From NCBI GenBank assembly GCA_963662335.2, contig CAXXVD010000002.1, positions 32,001 through 96,000 of the forward strand: a DNA stretch of 64,000 nucleotides. Reading direction: 5' to 3'. The stretch's first letter is position 1, and each line of letters starts with the position of its first letter. Under the pieces are notes generated by a model. It saw nothing but the letters and a program-made list of their open reading frames with translations, was not told the DNA's origin and did no database searches. The translations under genes were made by a program, and so were the position numbers. Shown piece by piece: positions 39,656 through 50,119 of this stretch. The DNA comes from Chloroflexota bacterium. GTDB lineage: Bacteria > Chloroflexota > UBA11872 > VXOZ01.

Positions 39656-40696
39656 ATGCGGCAAGTGGTTCAGTCGGGCACGCCCCACGAGATGGGCTTG
39701 CAGCACGGCGCGGCGTTCGCGGACGTCATTCCGGTGGCGGTCAAGCGCTTTGCCATCGACCGCGGCTGGAACACGCCGCACGGCAGGCGCGTGCTGCGGC
39801 AGGTGGAGCGCAACCTGGACAGAGTGTTCCCGGAATCCCTGGAGGAACTCCACGCCATCGCTGGCGCCGCCAACGTGAACTGCGACGAACTGCTGGCCTA
39901 CAACTTCTGCCAGGAGATTAGCCGCTCGCGCGTGGAGTGCACCAACGTGGCGTTGGCGGATACGCCTCAGGGAACCATTCACTTCAAGTCCAACGACGTG
40001 GACGCCGACATGAAGCAGTTCCACGTCTTGCAGGAAGTGCACCCCGAGCGCGGGCACGCCTATCTTGGGGTGACCTACGCCGGCACCACGTGGCTGAACG
40101 CCGGCGTGAACGAGGCGGGCCTCACCTACGGCGGCAGCAGCATTCCCAACAACGACAGCGATTGGGATAACGGCATTCCCACCAATACGGTACTGCGCTA
40201 TCTCTTGCAGTTCGCCGATTCCGTTGACGCCGTGGCCGATTTGGCGGCGCGCACGCCCATCATGAACCACGGCGCAAACATGATGTTCACCGACCCCAGC
40301 GGCGCGGCAATCGTGGTGGAACGCTCGGCCACGCGCACGGCGGTGCGGTGCATGGACGGCCACGCCATCTGGAACACGAACCACTTTCTGTGCGCAGAGA
40401 TGCAGGCGGTGCTCAAGGACGACGGCGGCGCGGCGGCCCAGAACAGCCGCGACCGCTTCACCGTCTTGGAGCGGCTGACGGCGGAGCAACCCCACTCGCT
40501 GGCGCAACTCAAGCAAATCGCGCGCACGCACACGGAACCCGCCGACATCTGCCGCCACGGCCCGCTGGCCCACAGCATCATGGGCTACATCATGATCCCA
40601 CGGGAACGCAGTTTGCTCGTGAGTTTCGGCTATCCGTGCGAGAATGAGTTTGAGACGTTTACGTTTACTCAGGTACCCGCAGCGGCCGCGTCCTGA
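39656..40696 (+). CDS. Peptidase C45 (AAT-type Ntn amidase/acyltransferase)
   Basis: GTPHEMGLQHG, ECT (Cys nucleophile), GVNEAGL, TNHF, SRDR. Confidence 0.85.
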   Translation: MRQVVQSGTPHEMGLQHGAAFADVIPVAVKRFAIDRGWNTPHGRRVLRQVERNLDRVFPESLEELHAIAGAANVNCDELLAYNFCQEISRSRVECTNVALADTPQGTIHFKSNDVDADMKQFHVLQEVHPERGHAYLGVTYAGTTWLNAGVNEAGLTYGGSSIPNNDSDWDNGIPTNTVLRYLLQFADSVDAVADLAARTPIMNHGANMMFTDPSGAAIVVERSATRTAVRCMDGHAIWNTNHFLCAEMQAVLKDDGGAAAQNSRDRFTVLERLTAEQPHSLAQLKQIARTHTEPADICRHGPLAHSIMGYIMIPRERSLLVSFGYPCENEFETFTFTQVPAAAAS

Positions 40697-40795
40697 CAGA
40701 GCGACCGCGCATATCGTCATTCCCGCGAAAGCGGGAATCTATCGGCTGCGCGGCGAAGATGGATTCCCGCGTGCGCGGGAATGACGCTCCAACCC

Positions 40796-41998
40796 ATGAA
40801 AATTACACTCGACGACTACCGGTACATCGGCACGGAACTTGGCCGCTACGTTGCCGCGCGCGTGCCCAATCTCGCTGCGGCGGTCTACTGCAAGCATCAT
40901 CTCGGCACGCTCACGCCCGGGTTCAGCGATCACGACCTCCGCACCGTGGCTGCCGCGCCGGACGCCGCGACCTGGCTGGCGTTGAGCCGCGCCGGCGGCG
41001 AATCCTACGTGGAACTGCTGGAGCGCGCCCCCCACTACGCCCGCATCCTGGAGCATCCGCCGGGTTTCATCTGCTCGCCGGACGAGGCGCGACAACTCCT
41101 GCCGCTCATGGGCGAGGTGCGCGATTGGGAGCGCATCGGCGGCGCGGAGAACCCGCTGGACGACGTGCTGGCGGCGCAGCCGCCGCAGTTTACGCGGGCG
41201 CAGCAGCATGAGGCCTGCGGCAAGTTCAAGATGTACTTGGTGCCGCGGCCGCAGCAGTTCGACCCGCCCATCAACCTGCTGCCGGAGTACCTGTCCTACT
41301 ACCCGCTCTACGGCGCGCTCTCGCACTGGTTCCTGCCGGCGGCCAAGCTGGCGTGCGGCCTGCTGCGGGACGCGTGGGTACCGACCAAGCCGGCGGCCTT
41401 GGACGTGCTGCCTGAGGTGATTGGCGCGCGGCCGCTGTTGGAGCGGCTGAACGCAATTGTCGCCGCGGACTATCGCGTACGCATGTCTGACACGGAGTGC
41501 GCGGCGCTGGCGGACGAACTCCTAGCAGTGGTCTACGAACTGCGCGACAAGGTGGCGGCGCATTGCGCGCAACTGCCGCCGGTAGCGCCGGAACTGGCGG
41601 CCCACGAGCAACGGCTGCGCTACGCGCTCCAGGCGCTGGCCGGTATCCGCGGCCGGTTCGGCATCGCGGTCTTCTTCCGCCACGCTCCCCCCGACCGCTT
41701 CGACGGCGCGTGGCTGCGCATGCACCTGGGCGAGGAAATCGAAACTCTGAGCACGCAGTTCTTCAATGCCCTGCTCAATGACGACGGCACAGATACCAGG
41801 CCAGTGTCTGAAAGGCTTGAAGGCGTACTCAATCCTTCAACACTTCCCATCGTCACCAACCTCTACGCCGCAATCACGCCGCACGACGACATGAACGACG
41901 CCCGGCTCGACGCGCTGATAGCCATTTGGCCGGAATACGCCGCGCTGGTGGAAGAACTCTATGCCGCTAAAATCGCGCCGCTGTGGCGCGAGGCGTAA
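40796..41998 (+). CDS. Hypothetical protein with nucleotidyltransferase-like motif
   Basis: LTPGFSDHDLR resembles the Pol-beta SDxD motif; start uncertain. Confidence 0.55.
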   Translation: MKITLDDYRYIGTELGRYVAARVPNLAAAVYCKHHLGTLTPGFSDHDLRTVAAAPDAATWLALSRAGGESYVELLERAPHYARILEHPPGFICSPDEARQLLPLMGEVRDWERIGGAENPLDDVLAAQPPQFTRAQQHEACGKFKMYLVPRPQQFDPPINLLPEYLSYYPLYGALSHWFLPAAKLACGLLRDAWVPTKPAALDVLPEVIGARPLLERLNAIVAADYRVRMSDTECAALADELLAVVYELRDKVAAHCAQLPPVAPELAAHEQRLRYALQALAGIRGRFGIAVFFRHAPPDRFDGAWLRMHLGEEIETLSTQFFNALLNDDGTDTRPVSERLEGVLNPSTLPIVTNLYAAITPHDDMNDARLDALIAIWPEYAALVEELYAAKIAPLWREA

Positions 41999-42030
41999 GC
42001 CGCGCCCGCGGCTCCGGTTCCCTCTCCCTG

Positions 42031-42179
42031 GCTGACAGGGATAGGCAAATGTCATTCCGAGCGCAGCGAGGAATCTAGAGTTGCCGGCTCTGCGTGAGAG
42101 TGCCTTAGATTCCTCACTCCGCTGCGCTCCGTTCGGAATGACACGTGAAGTCGATTGTAGAATACCTGCCCCTGTCAGC
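42031..42179 (+). mobile_element. MITE family 2, second copy
   Basis: GCTGACAGGG...CCCCTGTCAGC ends; interior matches 27891-28053. Confidence 0.7.
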
Positions 42180-42404
42180 CGGGGAGAGGGTTTGGGTGAG
42201 GGGGAAACTTCCCCAATCCGGCGGGGGACAAGCCCCCGCGCTACGAATTGCCGGCGCGCGCCGTTCGCCCTGAGCGCCGTCGAAGGGTGAACGGCGCGGC
42301 ACAGGCGAGACCAGTCCCACTCTTCGCTCGCATTCTCAGTTCATGCTTCGACAGGCTCAGCACGAACGGCGCGATTTGCCCTACGCCTCGTGCTTCGACA
42401 TTGC

Positions 42405-44201
42405 TCAGCACGAACGGAAGATCTCGCCCGGCCCCCAGTCGAAGTCCGCCGGCCGGCTGGACGAGAGCGAGAAGAAGGGCAATTCCGGCTCCGCGCCGTC
42501 GCGCCACCAGAGGAAGCCGTCCCACTTGTACGTGGTCCAGCCGTGTTCCACCGGGCCGGGGATGAGGGTGGAGAGGTGGTTGTTGCGGAGAACCAGGCCG
42601 CAGAAGCGGTAGAGGCCCAGGGGCAGCATCTCTTCGATCCAGTCCGGGCCGATCTTCACCCGGCCGGCGTTGGCGCCGGCCACGACATCCAACTCGCCAA
42701 GCGCGCCGTCCCGCCAGGCGTCGTGGATTTCCAGCACGCCCAGCGGCGCGCCCGCCCGTGCCACGTGCGAATCGGTATCGGCGTCCAGCATCACCCACTT
42801 GGCGTGCGCGGCGCTCCAGATTTCCGCCACAAAGTGGCCGTTGGTGTGCAAGGTCGGCTCGGCGGACATCACCCAGAGGCGCGCCGTCCAGCCCAGCGCC
42901 AGCGCGCACTGCGCCAGGACCACCGCGTAGTGGGTGCAGTAGGCGTCCGGTTGCGGCTGGCCGTGGCCCCGGTCGGCGCGCATCCACGCCAGAATCGTCA
43001 GCGCGTCCCACGGGCAACAGCGGCGAAACTCGTGGGGCGCCCGGTGCGTCCACTGCACCGCCGTCCAGCTACGCAGCGCCAGCATCTGCTCCCATTGCGT
43101 CTTGGCGCCGGCGATGACGTCGTCAAGTCTCTCCTGACTTCGGAGAATACGCAGCTTAGGTTCCGCAGGATCTTGGTGGGTGAACGTGTAAGAAGGTGTG
43201 GCTTTGCTCTCAGCCCGAGACAGCGTGCCGGCGGGTTTTGTCTCGTTTGGACCGGCGTCTGTGGGAAGAAGCGCCACGCCGCGCAGAACGGGCGTCGCGC
43301 TACCATTGCTCGAACGCAGTTCTGCTTGCCACTGCACACAAGGGCCGGCGGGATGCGGTAACTCGGCTTGCGCGAATTCCTCATTCCCGCGCATTGCCGA
43401 CCCCGTATCTGATTCGGAACGGGAATCAACCTCCTCATCTGAACTCGCAGCGGCATTCACCGCGTCGAGCCAAGCTGTTTTCTCTACGTCTTGCAGCTTT
43501 CCAATGCGGTAGCGCAAGGCGACGCTCGTTCCAGCCGGCGTGTCGGCGTGCCAATGCAGGACGAGTGGGGCGGACTGAAATAGTGTATCCACGTCAAGTA
43601 CGGAACTCGTGATCGCCCCTCGCGCCGGATGCTCTCGCACGCGCAGACGCACCACGTACTCGCCGGACAACGCGCCTTCCAGACCGAATCCCGTTGTGTG
43701 CCACGACTGTCCCCCGTCCGTGCTCTTGTGGCTGTGCGCGTTGGGCACGCTGGTATCCACGGCCAGAATCCAGGCATTAGCGGCGGGGCTCTCGCAGGCA
43801 AAGCGGACGACATTTCCGCTATCAAGTAACGCATGCTGGGGTATTCTCACGTGGCGCCAGGCGAATTCTCCCGCCAGCGGCGTGTCAGGCCCCACGATCT
43901 GGCTGTGACCGTTCACGCTAACCAGCAGCGGCCAGCGGTTGTCCGGCTCCTCACGGGCGTAAAAGTAGCAGTCGGCCCACTCGGGACGAGTCTCGGCCAA
44001 GTCAAAGCACACTTCAGCCTGGACGTGTTGGAAGAGTTCCTCCCCGTGCTGGGTGGAAAACGCGCCGGGCTCGTGCGTTATCAAGTGGCTGGCGGCAAGG
44101 CCCACCGCGCCGTCATCGCCTATGGCAATGCCGCCGTCCCTGGCGCAGGTGTCCCAGTCAGCCGGGTCAGACCAAATCAATGTGTGCGAGCGCGTTGACA
44201 T
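42405..44201 (-). CDS. Transglutaminase-like domain protein with beta-rich N-terminal region
   Basis: AYCTHYA (Cys), GHFVAEIW (His), WVMLDAD (Asp). Confidence 0.75.
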   Translation of the reverse strand: MSTRSHTLIWSDPADWDTCARDGGIAIGDDGAVGLAASHLITHEPGAFSTQHGEELFQHVQAEVCFDLAETRPEWADCYFYAREEPDNRWPLLVSVNGHSQIVGPDTPLAGEFAWRHVRIPQHALLDSGNVVRFACESPAANAWILAVDTSVPNAHSHKSTDGGQSWHTTGFGLEGALSGEYVVRLRVREHPARGAITSSVLDVDTLFQSAPLVLHWHADTPAGTSVALRYRIGKLQDVEKTAWLDAVNAAASSDEEVDSRSESDTGSAMRGNEEFAQAELPHPAGPCVQWQAELRSSNGSATPVLRGVALLPTDAGPNETKPAGTLSRAESKATPSYTFTHQDPAEPKLRILRSQERLDDVIAGAKTQWEQMLALRSWTAVQWTHRAPHEFRRCCPWDALTILAWMRADRGHGQPQPDAYCTHYAVVLAQCALALGWTARLWVMSAEPTLHTNGHFVAEIWSAAHAKWVMLDADTDSHVARAGAPLGVLEIHDAWRDGALGELDVVAGANAGRVKIGPDWIEEMLPLGLYRFCGLVLRNNHLSTLIPGPVEHGWTTYKWDGFLWWRDGAEPELPFFSLSSSRPADFDWGPGEIFRSC

Positions 44202-44364
44202 GTCACGTCCTCATCCCATGCGGGGGACAAGCCCCCGCGCTACGCGGGCAAGGCAGCGCCCCTGTTTGCCTGCCATTGTATACGGAGCACGCGCTTGTAT
44301 GCCCACTACCAAACGAGTACAGTACATTGGCGGAGGACCGGACACGCATAACTAAGGAAAGCCA

Positions 44365-45687
44365 ATGGCAGCAGCCGTAATTGCGGACGTCGAGCAGGCC
44401 GTTGCCGCGCAGCCGGTCATCGACACCCACGAACACACCTTTTCCGAATCAGACCGGCGGCAAGACCAACTCGATCTGCTCTCTCCCACAATGCACCACT
44501 ACGTCGGCAGCGACCTGGTTTCCGCCGGCATGACGCCCGCCGAGCAGGCGCGCATGTACGACCAGGGCCGCGATCCCGCCGAGCGTTGGGACATCTTCCT
44601 GCGCTATTGGCAGTACGCGCGCACCACCGGCTACGGCAAGGCGCTGCACGTCGCGTGCCGCGACCTCTTTGGCGTGGACGACCTCATGTCGGCCGCGCCG
44701 TCGCTGGACGGCTACCGGCGCGTCACCGAGCAACTGGAAGCCTCCAAACGGCATGAGGCGTGGTACCGCTACGTGCTGCAGGAGCGCGGCAACATCGTGC
44801 TGGCGATTCCCGATGTGCAGTCCACTCAGGTTGACAAGACGCTCTTTGCGCCGGCCATGCGCTTCGATTCTTTTATAAGCGCGGGCAGCCGCAGCGACGT
44901 GGCGAAACTGGAGCGCCAGACCGGCCGGAGCATCCACGACCTCGCTGACCTCGTGTCCGCCCTGGGCGTCGCTTTTGCCACGGCCAAGGATGAGGGCATG
45001 GTGACCGTCAAGAGCGGGCTGGCGTACCGGCGCATCCTGCGCTACGACAACGCGGCGCGCACCGACGCGGAGCGGCTCTTTGCGCAGGCGGTCGCGGGCA
45101 CGCGGCCGCACGGCGGCGGCCTGGCGCAGGACGGCCTGAACTTCACCGAGGCCAAGCCGCTGCAGGACTACATGATGCACCAGGTGGTGCGGCTCTGCGT
45201 CGAGCACGGCGTTCCCATGCAAATCCACACCGGCCTGCACGCGGGCAACGGCAATATCATCACGAACAGCAATCCCGTGCACCTTGTCAACCTCTTCATC
45301 CAGTATCCCCAGGCGCGCTTCGACATCTTCCACGCCGGCTACCCGTACCAGAGCGAACTCGCCGCGCTGGCCAAGAACTTCCAGAACGTCTACGTGGACC
45401 TCTGCTGGGTGCACATCATCAGCCCCTACGTGGCGCGCGCGACGCTGCACGAGTGGCTGGAAACCATCCCCCACAACAAGATCTTCGGCTTTGGCGGCGA
45501 CTACGGGCCGGTGGAACTGGCCTACGCCCACTGCGTGATGGCGCGGGAGAATATCGCCCGGGTGCTGAGCGAGAAGGTGGAAGAAGGGCTCTATTCGGTG
45601 GAGCAGGCCGGCATCGTCGCGGCGCGGCTGCTGCACGACAATGCCAATGTGTTCTTTGGGCTTGAACGAGAGAACCACTGCCCGTAG
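44365..45687 (+). CDS. Amidohydrolase superfamily protein (Amidohydro_2 / uronate isomerase-like)
   Basis: IDTHEH, VKSGLAY, QIHTG, FHAGYP, FGGD. Confidence 0.85.
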   Translation: MAAAVIADVEQAVAAQPVIDTHEHTFSESDRRQDQLDLLSPTMHHYVGSDLVSAGMTPAEQARMYDQGRDPAERWDIFLRYWQYARTTGYGKALHVACRDLFGVDDLMSAAPSLDGYRRVTEQLEASKRHEAWYRYVLQERGNIVLAIPDVQSTQVDKTLFAPAMRFDSFISAGSRSDVAKLERQTGRSIHDLADLVSALGVAFATAKDEGMVTVKSGLAYRRILRYDNAARTDAERLFAQAVAGTRPHGGGLAQDGLNFTEAKPLQDYMMHQVVRLCVEHGVPMQIHTGLHAGNGNIITNSNPVHLVNLFIQYPQARFDIFHAGYPYQSELAALAKNFQNVYVDLCWVHIISPYVARATLHEWLETIPHNKIFGFGGDYGPVELAYAHCVMARENIARVLSEKVEEGLYSVEQAGIVAARLLHDNANVFFGLERENHCP

Positions 45688-45709
45688 CACTGCGGTGTGG
45701 CTTCTTGGC

Positions 45710-45782
45710 CGTCATTCCGGCGAAAGCCGGAATCCAGGGCGCGCCCGACGAAGATGGATTCCGGCTTTCGCCGGAATGACGG
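45710..45782. repeat. Inverted pair CGTCATTCCGGCGAAAGCCGGAATCCA
   Basis: Same unit at 3868-3894; forms a long hairpin. Confidence 0.75.
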
Positions 45783-45853
45783 AAAGATCGCTCTTTACAC
45801 CGGACGCGGCCCACTTTCACAACAGGGCCTATTCTCACGATAGGAGTCTCGTC

Positions 45854-47398
45854 GTGAGCGACGAAATCGGCAATCGCGGCAACGGCAGCGGCGCGCGCAA
45901 TCGGCCAAACGTCCTCTTCATCATGGCCGACCAGATGCGCTGGGACGTGCTGGGTTGCGCCGGCCATCCCATTTGCCGGACGCCCGTGCTGGACGCAATG
46001 GCGGCGCGCGGCGTGCGCTTCAGCAACTTCTACACGGCGGCCCCAACGTGCACCCCCGCCCGCTACTCGCTCTTCAGCGGACGGCACGTCCACGTCCATA
46101 ACGGTTGGAGCAACGGCTGGCCCACGCGGGACGGCGAAATCTTTCTTCCGTCTATCCTCAAGCACTACGGCTACGCGACGGCAATCGCCGGCAAACTGCA
46201 CTTCGCGCCCAAGGAAGAGTCATTCGGCTTCGACGACTTCCGCTCGTACCGCGCCGAGGGGCCGACGCCGGAACGCGGCTACGACGCCTATATGACGCGC
46301 AAGTACGGCGACGCCTACCAGCGCAATCGGATCGAAGAAGGCACGGCGTACAAGGGCGTCGGGCGTTTCGCCGACCCGCCGGAGGACTACGACACGAGTT
46401 GGATTACGGCGCAGAGCATCGAGGCCCTGGATTTGCTGGCGCAGAGTGGCAAGCCGTGGTTTCTCTTTGCCAGCTATCACGATCCCCACTCGCCGTTCGT
46501 CGAGCCGGAGCCGTACTTCTCCATGTATGAGCGGGAATCCATTCCGTTGCGGCCCATTCCGCCGGAGAATCGCCGGCTGCGCCGGGACGCGCGCGGCACC
46601 CAGGAACGGGCGCACGTGATCGACGATCCGGAAATCGTGCAAGCGATTACGGCGGTGTACTATGGGTCAACCACCCACGTAGACCATGACGCCGGCATTC
46701 TCTTGGACGCGCTCGCGGAACGCGGCCTGGCGGACAACACGATTGTCCTCTTCCTTTCCGACCACGGCGACATGATGGGCGACCGCGGCCGGATGAATAA
46801 ACAGGTGATGTACGAAGGCGCGGCGCACGTGCCGTTGGTGATGCAGATCCCGGAGTCCATCCACCCGGCGCTGGCGCCGGGCCGCGTGGTGGACGAGATC
46901 ACCGGCCACGTGGACATTCTGCCAACCGTGCTCGACCTCTGCGGCCTACCCATTCCCCAGGGCATGCAGGGCAAGAGCCTCGTGCCGTTGTGCGCCGGCA
47001 ACGCCGCCGGTTGGCCCAATGAGGCGTTCGCGGCGGTGCGGGCCGCGCCGTTCGTGCGCCAGGAAGCGTACATGGTCGGCAAGAAGCGCATGCTGCGCAC
47101 GCCGGCGTACAAACTGATCGACTACGGCGCGGACTTCCGTACGCAGTGGGAACTCTTCAACATGGCCGACGACCCGGGTGAGACGCGCAATCTCGCCAAC
47201 GATACGGGGTGCCGTTCCGTGCTGCGCGCGCTGGCGGCGCGGCTGGATGCGTTGCAGGCGGAAGCGCCCCCGCCGGTGCGGGTGCCCGGTATGCCCACAC
47301 CGAGCTATGCGTACGTTCCTGCGGAACGCCGGGCGGCAATGCACGCGGCGTGGGAAGCGAACATGCGCCGTTCGGCGGCGCGGCGCTGGCCGCAGTAA
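45854..47398 (+). CDS. Formylglycine-type sulfatase, paralog 1
   Basis: PNVLFIMADQMR, CTPAR, GKLH, PHSP, SDHG. Confidence 0.92.
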   Translation: MSDEIGNRGNGSGARNRPNVLFIMADQMRWDVLGCAGHPICRTPVLDAMAARGVRFSNFYTAAPTCTPARYSLFSGRHVHVHNGWSNGWPTRDGEIFLPSILKHYGYATAIAGKLHFAPKEESFGFDDFRSYRAEGPTPERGYDAYMTRKYGDAYQRNRIEEGTAYKGVGRFADPPEDYDTSWITAQSIEALDLLAQSGKPWFLFASYHDPHSPFVEPEPYFSMYERESIPLRPIPPENRRLRRDARGTQERAHVIDDPEIVQAITAVYYGSTTHVDHDAGILLDALAERGLADNTIVLFLSDHGDMMGDRGRMNKQVMYEGAAHVPLVMQIPESIHPALAPGRVVDEITGHVDILPTVLDLCGLPIPQGMQGKSLVPLCAGNAAGWPNEAFAAVRAAPFVRQEAYMVGKKRMLRTPAYKLIDYGADFRTQWELFNMADDPGETRNLANDTGCRSVLRALAARLDALQAEAPPPVRVPGMPTPSYAYVPAERRAAMHAAWEANMRRSAARRWPQ

Positions 47399-47482
47399 TT
47401 CGGCTATTCTGTGAAAACCGGCCCGCGCTTGGGCGCGGGACTCGCGTCAGAGCAAGTTTGCAATCCGCTGAGGAGTCGCATC

Positions 47483-49045
47483 GTGAACGACCGCTCCGGC
47501 ATTGGGCATAGCGAGAGTGGGGGCGCAGCGCGGCTGCCAAATGTGCTCTTGCTCATGGCCGACCAGATGCGTTGGGACGTGCTGGGGTGCGCCGGGCATC
47601 CCATCTGCAAGACACCGGCGCTGGACGCTATGGCGGCGCGCGGCGCGCGCTTCGCCAATTTCTACAGCGCCGCGCCGATTTGCACGCCGGCCCGCTATTC
47701 GGTCTTCAACGGCCGCCACGTCCCCGTCCACGAAGGTTGGTGGAACGGCCTGCCGACGCGGGACGGCGAAATCTTCCTGCCTTCCATCCTGCGGCACTAC
47801 GGCTACGCCACCGCCATCGCCGGCAAACTGCACTTCGACCCCAAGGAGGACCCGTTCGGCTTCGACGACTTCCGCACCTTTCGCGCCGAAGGTCCCACGC
47901 CGGAGCGGGGCTACGAAGCCTACATGAAGGGGAAATACGGCAAGTTGGACCGCGACCGCATCGAAGCGGGCACCTGCCCCTGGCCGGACGACCCCCACGG
48001 CCGGGGCGTGGGGCTGTTCGCCGACCCGCTGGAAGACATTGATACAAGCTGGATTACGCGCCAGACGCTGGAGGCGCTCGACCTGCTGGAGCAGAGCGGC
48101 AAGCCGTGGTTCCTCTTTGCCAGCTACCACGACCCCCACTCGCCGTTCGTCGAGCCGGAGCCGTACTACTCGATGTACGACCGCGAAGCGATTCCGCTGC
48201 GCGAGATTCCGCCGGAAATCGGCCGCCTGCGCCGGGACGCGCGCGGTTCGCAGGAGGTCAACCACCTCATCGACGATCCCGAAATGCTGCGCGAAATCAC
48301 AGCCATCTACTACGCGGCCACCACCCACGTGGACCACGACATTGGCATCGTCCTGGCCGAACTCGACAAGCGCGGCCTGACGGATAACACCATCATCATG
48401 TTCATGTCGGACCACGGCGACATGATGGGCGACCACGGCCGCATGTACAAGCAGGCGATGTACGAAGGCGCGGTGCACGTGCCGCTGATCGTGCAGGTTC
48501 CTGAATCCGTGCGCCCGGGGCTGACGCCGGGCCGGGTGGTGGATGAAGTCACCGGGCACGTGGACATCGTGCCGACCGTGCTCGACCTCTGCGGATTGCC
48601 GGTTCCGGAGGGCGTGCAGGGCAAGAGCCTGGCGCAACTGTGCGCCGGCAAGACCGCCGGTTGGCCCAACGAGGCGTTCTCGTGGATGCTCGGCGTGCCG
48701 CATACGCGCCAGGAAGCCTACATGCTCGGCACCAAGCTCATGCTGCGCACGCCGGCGTACAAGCTGATCGACTACGGCGCGGAATTCCACACGCGCTGGG
48801 CGCTCTACGACATGGCCGCCGACCCCGGCGAGACGCGCAATCTGGCCGGCGACCCGGCGCACGCCGCCGTGCTGCAGGCGCTGGCGGAGCGCCTGGCTGC
48901 ATGGCAGCATGAAACGCCGCCAGCAATGCGCGTCCCCGGCATGGCCACGCCCAGCTATTCCTACCTGAGTGAGGAGCGGCGGGCGGCATTCACGCGGGCG
49001 TGGGACGACGGCCTGCGCCGCCAGGCCCGTTGGCGTTGGCAATGA
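47483..49045 (+). CDS. Formylglycine-type sulfatase, paralog 2
   Basis: Same motifs; collinear tandem duplicate of 45854-47398. Confidence 0.92.
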   Translation: MNDRSGIGHSESGGAARLPNVLLLMADQMRWDVLGCAGHPICKTPALDAMAARGARFANFYSAAPICTPARYSVFNGRHVPVHEGWWNGLPTRDGEIFLPSILRHYGYATAIAGKLHFDPKEDPFGFDDFRTFRAEGPTPERGYEAYMKGKYGKLDRDRIEAGTCPWPDDPHGRGVGLFADPLEDIDTSWITRQTLEALDLLEQSGKPWFLFASYHDPHSPFVEPEPYYSMYDREAIPLREIPPEIGRLRRDARGSQEVNHLIDDPEMLREITAIYYAATTHVDHDIGIVLAELDKRGLTDNTIIMFMSDHGDMMGDHGRMYKQAMYEGAVHVPLIVQVPESVRPGLTPGRVVDEVTGHVDIVPTVLDLCGLPVPEGVQGKSLAQLCAGKTAGWPNEAFSWMLGVPHTRQEAYMLGTKLMLRTPAYKLIDYGAEFHTRWALYDMAADPGETRNLAGDPAHAAVLQALAERLAAWQHETPPAMRVPGMATPSYSYLSEERRAAFTRAWDDGLRRQARWRWQ

Positions 49046-49277
49046 TTGCGGCATGTCCCGCCGAGTACATGATTCACAACCGAGGACTTCCCCAAAGGCG
49101 GGAACGCGCGGTCTGAAGTGCGCAGCGCCGTTGACCACACGTGTAGAGAAATGCGGCGCTTTCAGGCGTGAGTCGCTGCGAAGGGCGGCAGGTTGCCGCA
49201 CGGAAGAGGGCCAAACGCTAGAAATCAGAAAACACCCTGCGAGAGGGGCAGGGGATCTGTCACTCTGTTCCAATACT

Positions 49278-49879
49278 CTATCTGACTTCAGGCGCCGCGG
49301 ACTCCAATTGTCGTCTGAGCAAGGTCGTCGTCAAGGTGATCAAAGGCTCGAAGTTACCATTGTCAGCCATTCGGAGCCCAGCGACGTATTCATCGTGCCT
49401 AAGCCTGAACTGCTCTGGCAGGATGGGTTGCCCGGCAATACCAGCCCCATGCTTGTACTGATGATGTAGTAGCAGACCGCTCGCGCTGTGCGGCCATTGC
49501 CGTTGACGAAGGGGTGAATACGGTTAAGTCCCCATAGAGCATACGCGGCTACCGTCACGAATGCCGTTGACTCCCATAGTCTGTTAGTAGTATCGACGAA
49601 TTCCGCCATCAAGTCCGGCACTTCGGTGTGGTCTGGCAAGTCCAGATTTCCAACCGTGACTTGAACTGGACGGTATATCCCTGCCTCCATGTGCAGTCCG
49701 GCAATTGCGTGGAAGTTGATGGCTTTGATGAGGGCTTGGGTAAGTTCGCGCCTGCCCGTCTTGATTGCGGCGTCGATCATGGAAAGGAGGAATTCGTAGT
49801 GCCTGCTACCGTTAGCCGCCTCCACTTCCATGTACAGTGGATCGTCCTGATCCAATCCGATGGCGCCAAACTGTTCCAT
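49278..49879 (-). pseudogene. Fic-family protein with a 1-nt frameshift near 49425 (pseudogene or sequencing error)
   Basis: HPFVNGNGRTAR; the natural-looking C-terminus PILPEQFRLRHDEYVAGLRMAD...RRQLE lies in another frame. Confidence 0.75.
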
Positions 49880-49888
49880 GGCAAATCA

Positions 49889-50119
49889 CTACCAGCAGCG
49901 GCGCTTTTCGAGATACTGAATGACCTCCTCGCGCGTCATGGTGCTTTTCGAGCTAACGGTGCCGAGAACGAAGGAAATCAACTGTTCCCGGCGCTGCTCG
50001 GGCGTCATTTCACCGGCGCCCTTCACTGCGTTCCGCAACTCCTCTTCGGTTATGCCAGGATCGATGGACTGCAGTAAGTCCGCAATCTTCTCACTGCTAT
50101 CCTTGATAAGTGCCGGCAT
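49889..50119 (-). CDS. Small putative antitoxin upstream of Fic
   Basis: 76 aa, GGAGGAG RBS, 9 nt upstream of fic. Confidence 0.65.
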   Translation of the reverse strand: MPALIKDSSEKIADLLQSIDPGITEEELRNAVKGAGEMTPEQRREQLISFVLGTVSSKSTMTREEVIQYLEKRRCW

